Source: Setoptus koraiensis
Lineage: Eukaryota > Animalia > Arthropoda
Length of the DNA stretch: 64,000 bases
Direction: 5' to 3'
Assembly (NCBI GenBank): GCA_048013815.1
Contig: CM106585.1
Location: 2,170,001-2,234,000, forward strand
Part shown: piece after piece, positions 63,886 to 64,000 of the stretch
Position numbering within the stretch: the first letter of the stretch is position 1
How the letters are laid out: every line of letters starts with the position of its first letter
The notes under the pieces: model-generated
The model's database searches: none
Seen by the model: only the letters and a program-made list of their open reading frames with translations
What the model was told of the DNA's origin: nothing
Translations under genes and position numbers: made by a program

Positions 63886-64000
63886 CTTATTTTGAGTGGT
63901 GAACTGGACGGTATTAAGTGGTATCTTTGCAATAATTGCTCTATCGTTGTCTCGATAGAGTTCTCTTCAAAAGAGATAATTGGACAAATGCTTTGATCAT
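63886..64000 (-). CDS. Adenylyl cyclase exon (partial; continues to or beyond the window edge)
   Basis: Open frame DQSICPIISFEENSIETTIEQLLQRYHLIPSSSPLKIR ending at a phase-2 donor AG|GTAAG (63886/63885). Confidence 0.6.

Overview
Eukaryotic genomic DNA from a compact arthropod-type genome. A mite-like lineage is an inference from intronless conserved genes, ~90-260 nt introns and Q/N-rich proteins. Left to right: (1) the 5' part of an intronless FGFR1OP2/SIKE-family gene on the minus strand (1-547, missed by the ORF track), with a CDE/CHR element upstream. (2) A ~30 kb dachshund locus on the plus strand: 7 hand-assembled coding exons, 10719-41126, about 1571 aa. Its DD1 domain carries an 18-aa insertion and its DD2 appears eroded to one helix. 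Intron 1 holds a 2.7 kb A/C-only tract next to a 500-N gap. (3) A single-exon TEX2 CDS (minus). (4) A ~4 kb nested transposon cluster: the right end of a TIR element, an LTR-retrotransposon 5' remnant with a tRNA-Ala-type PBS, and a pogo/Tigger transposase. The transposase is split by a 909-bp non-autonomous element with 34-bp GG-starting TIRs, an 8-bp TSD and an internal GC-rich hairpin array. (5) The 3' exons of an ADCY8/Ac78C-like adenylyl cyclase (minus) with a ~520-aa C-terminal tail. Most short ORFs in the track are microsatellite read-throughs. All exon boundaries were assigned by eye from GT/AG signals and frame continuity. No database search was run.
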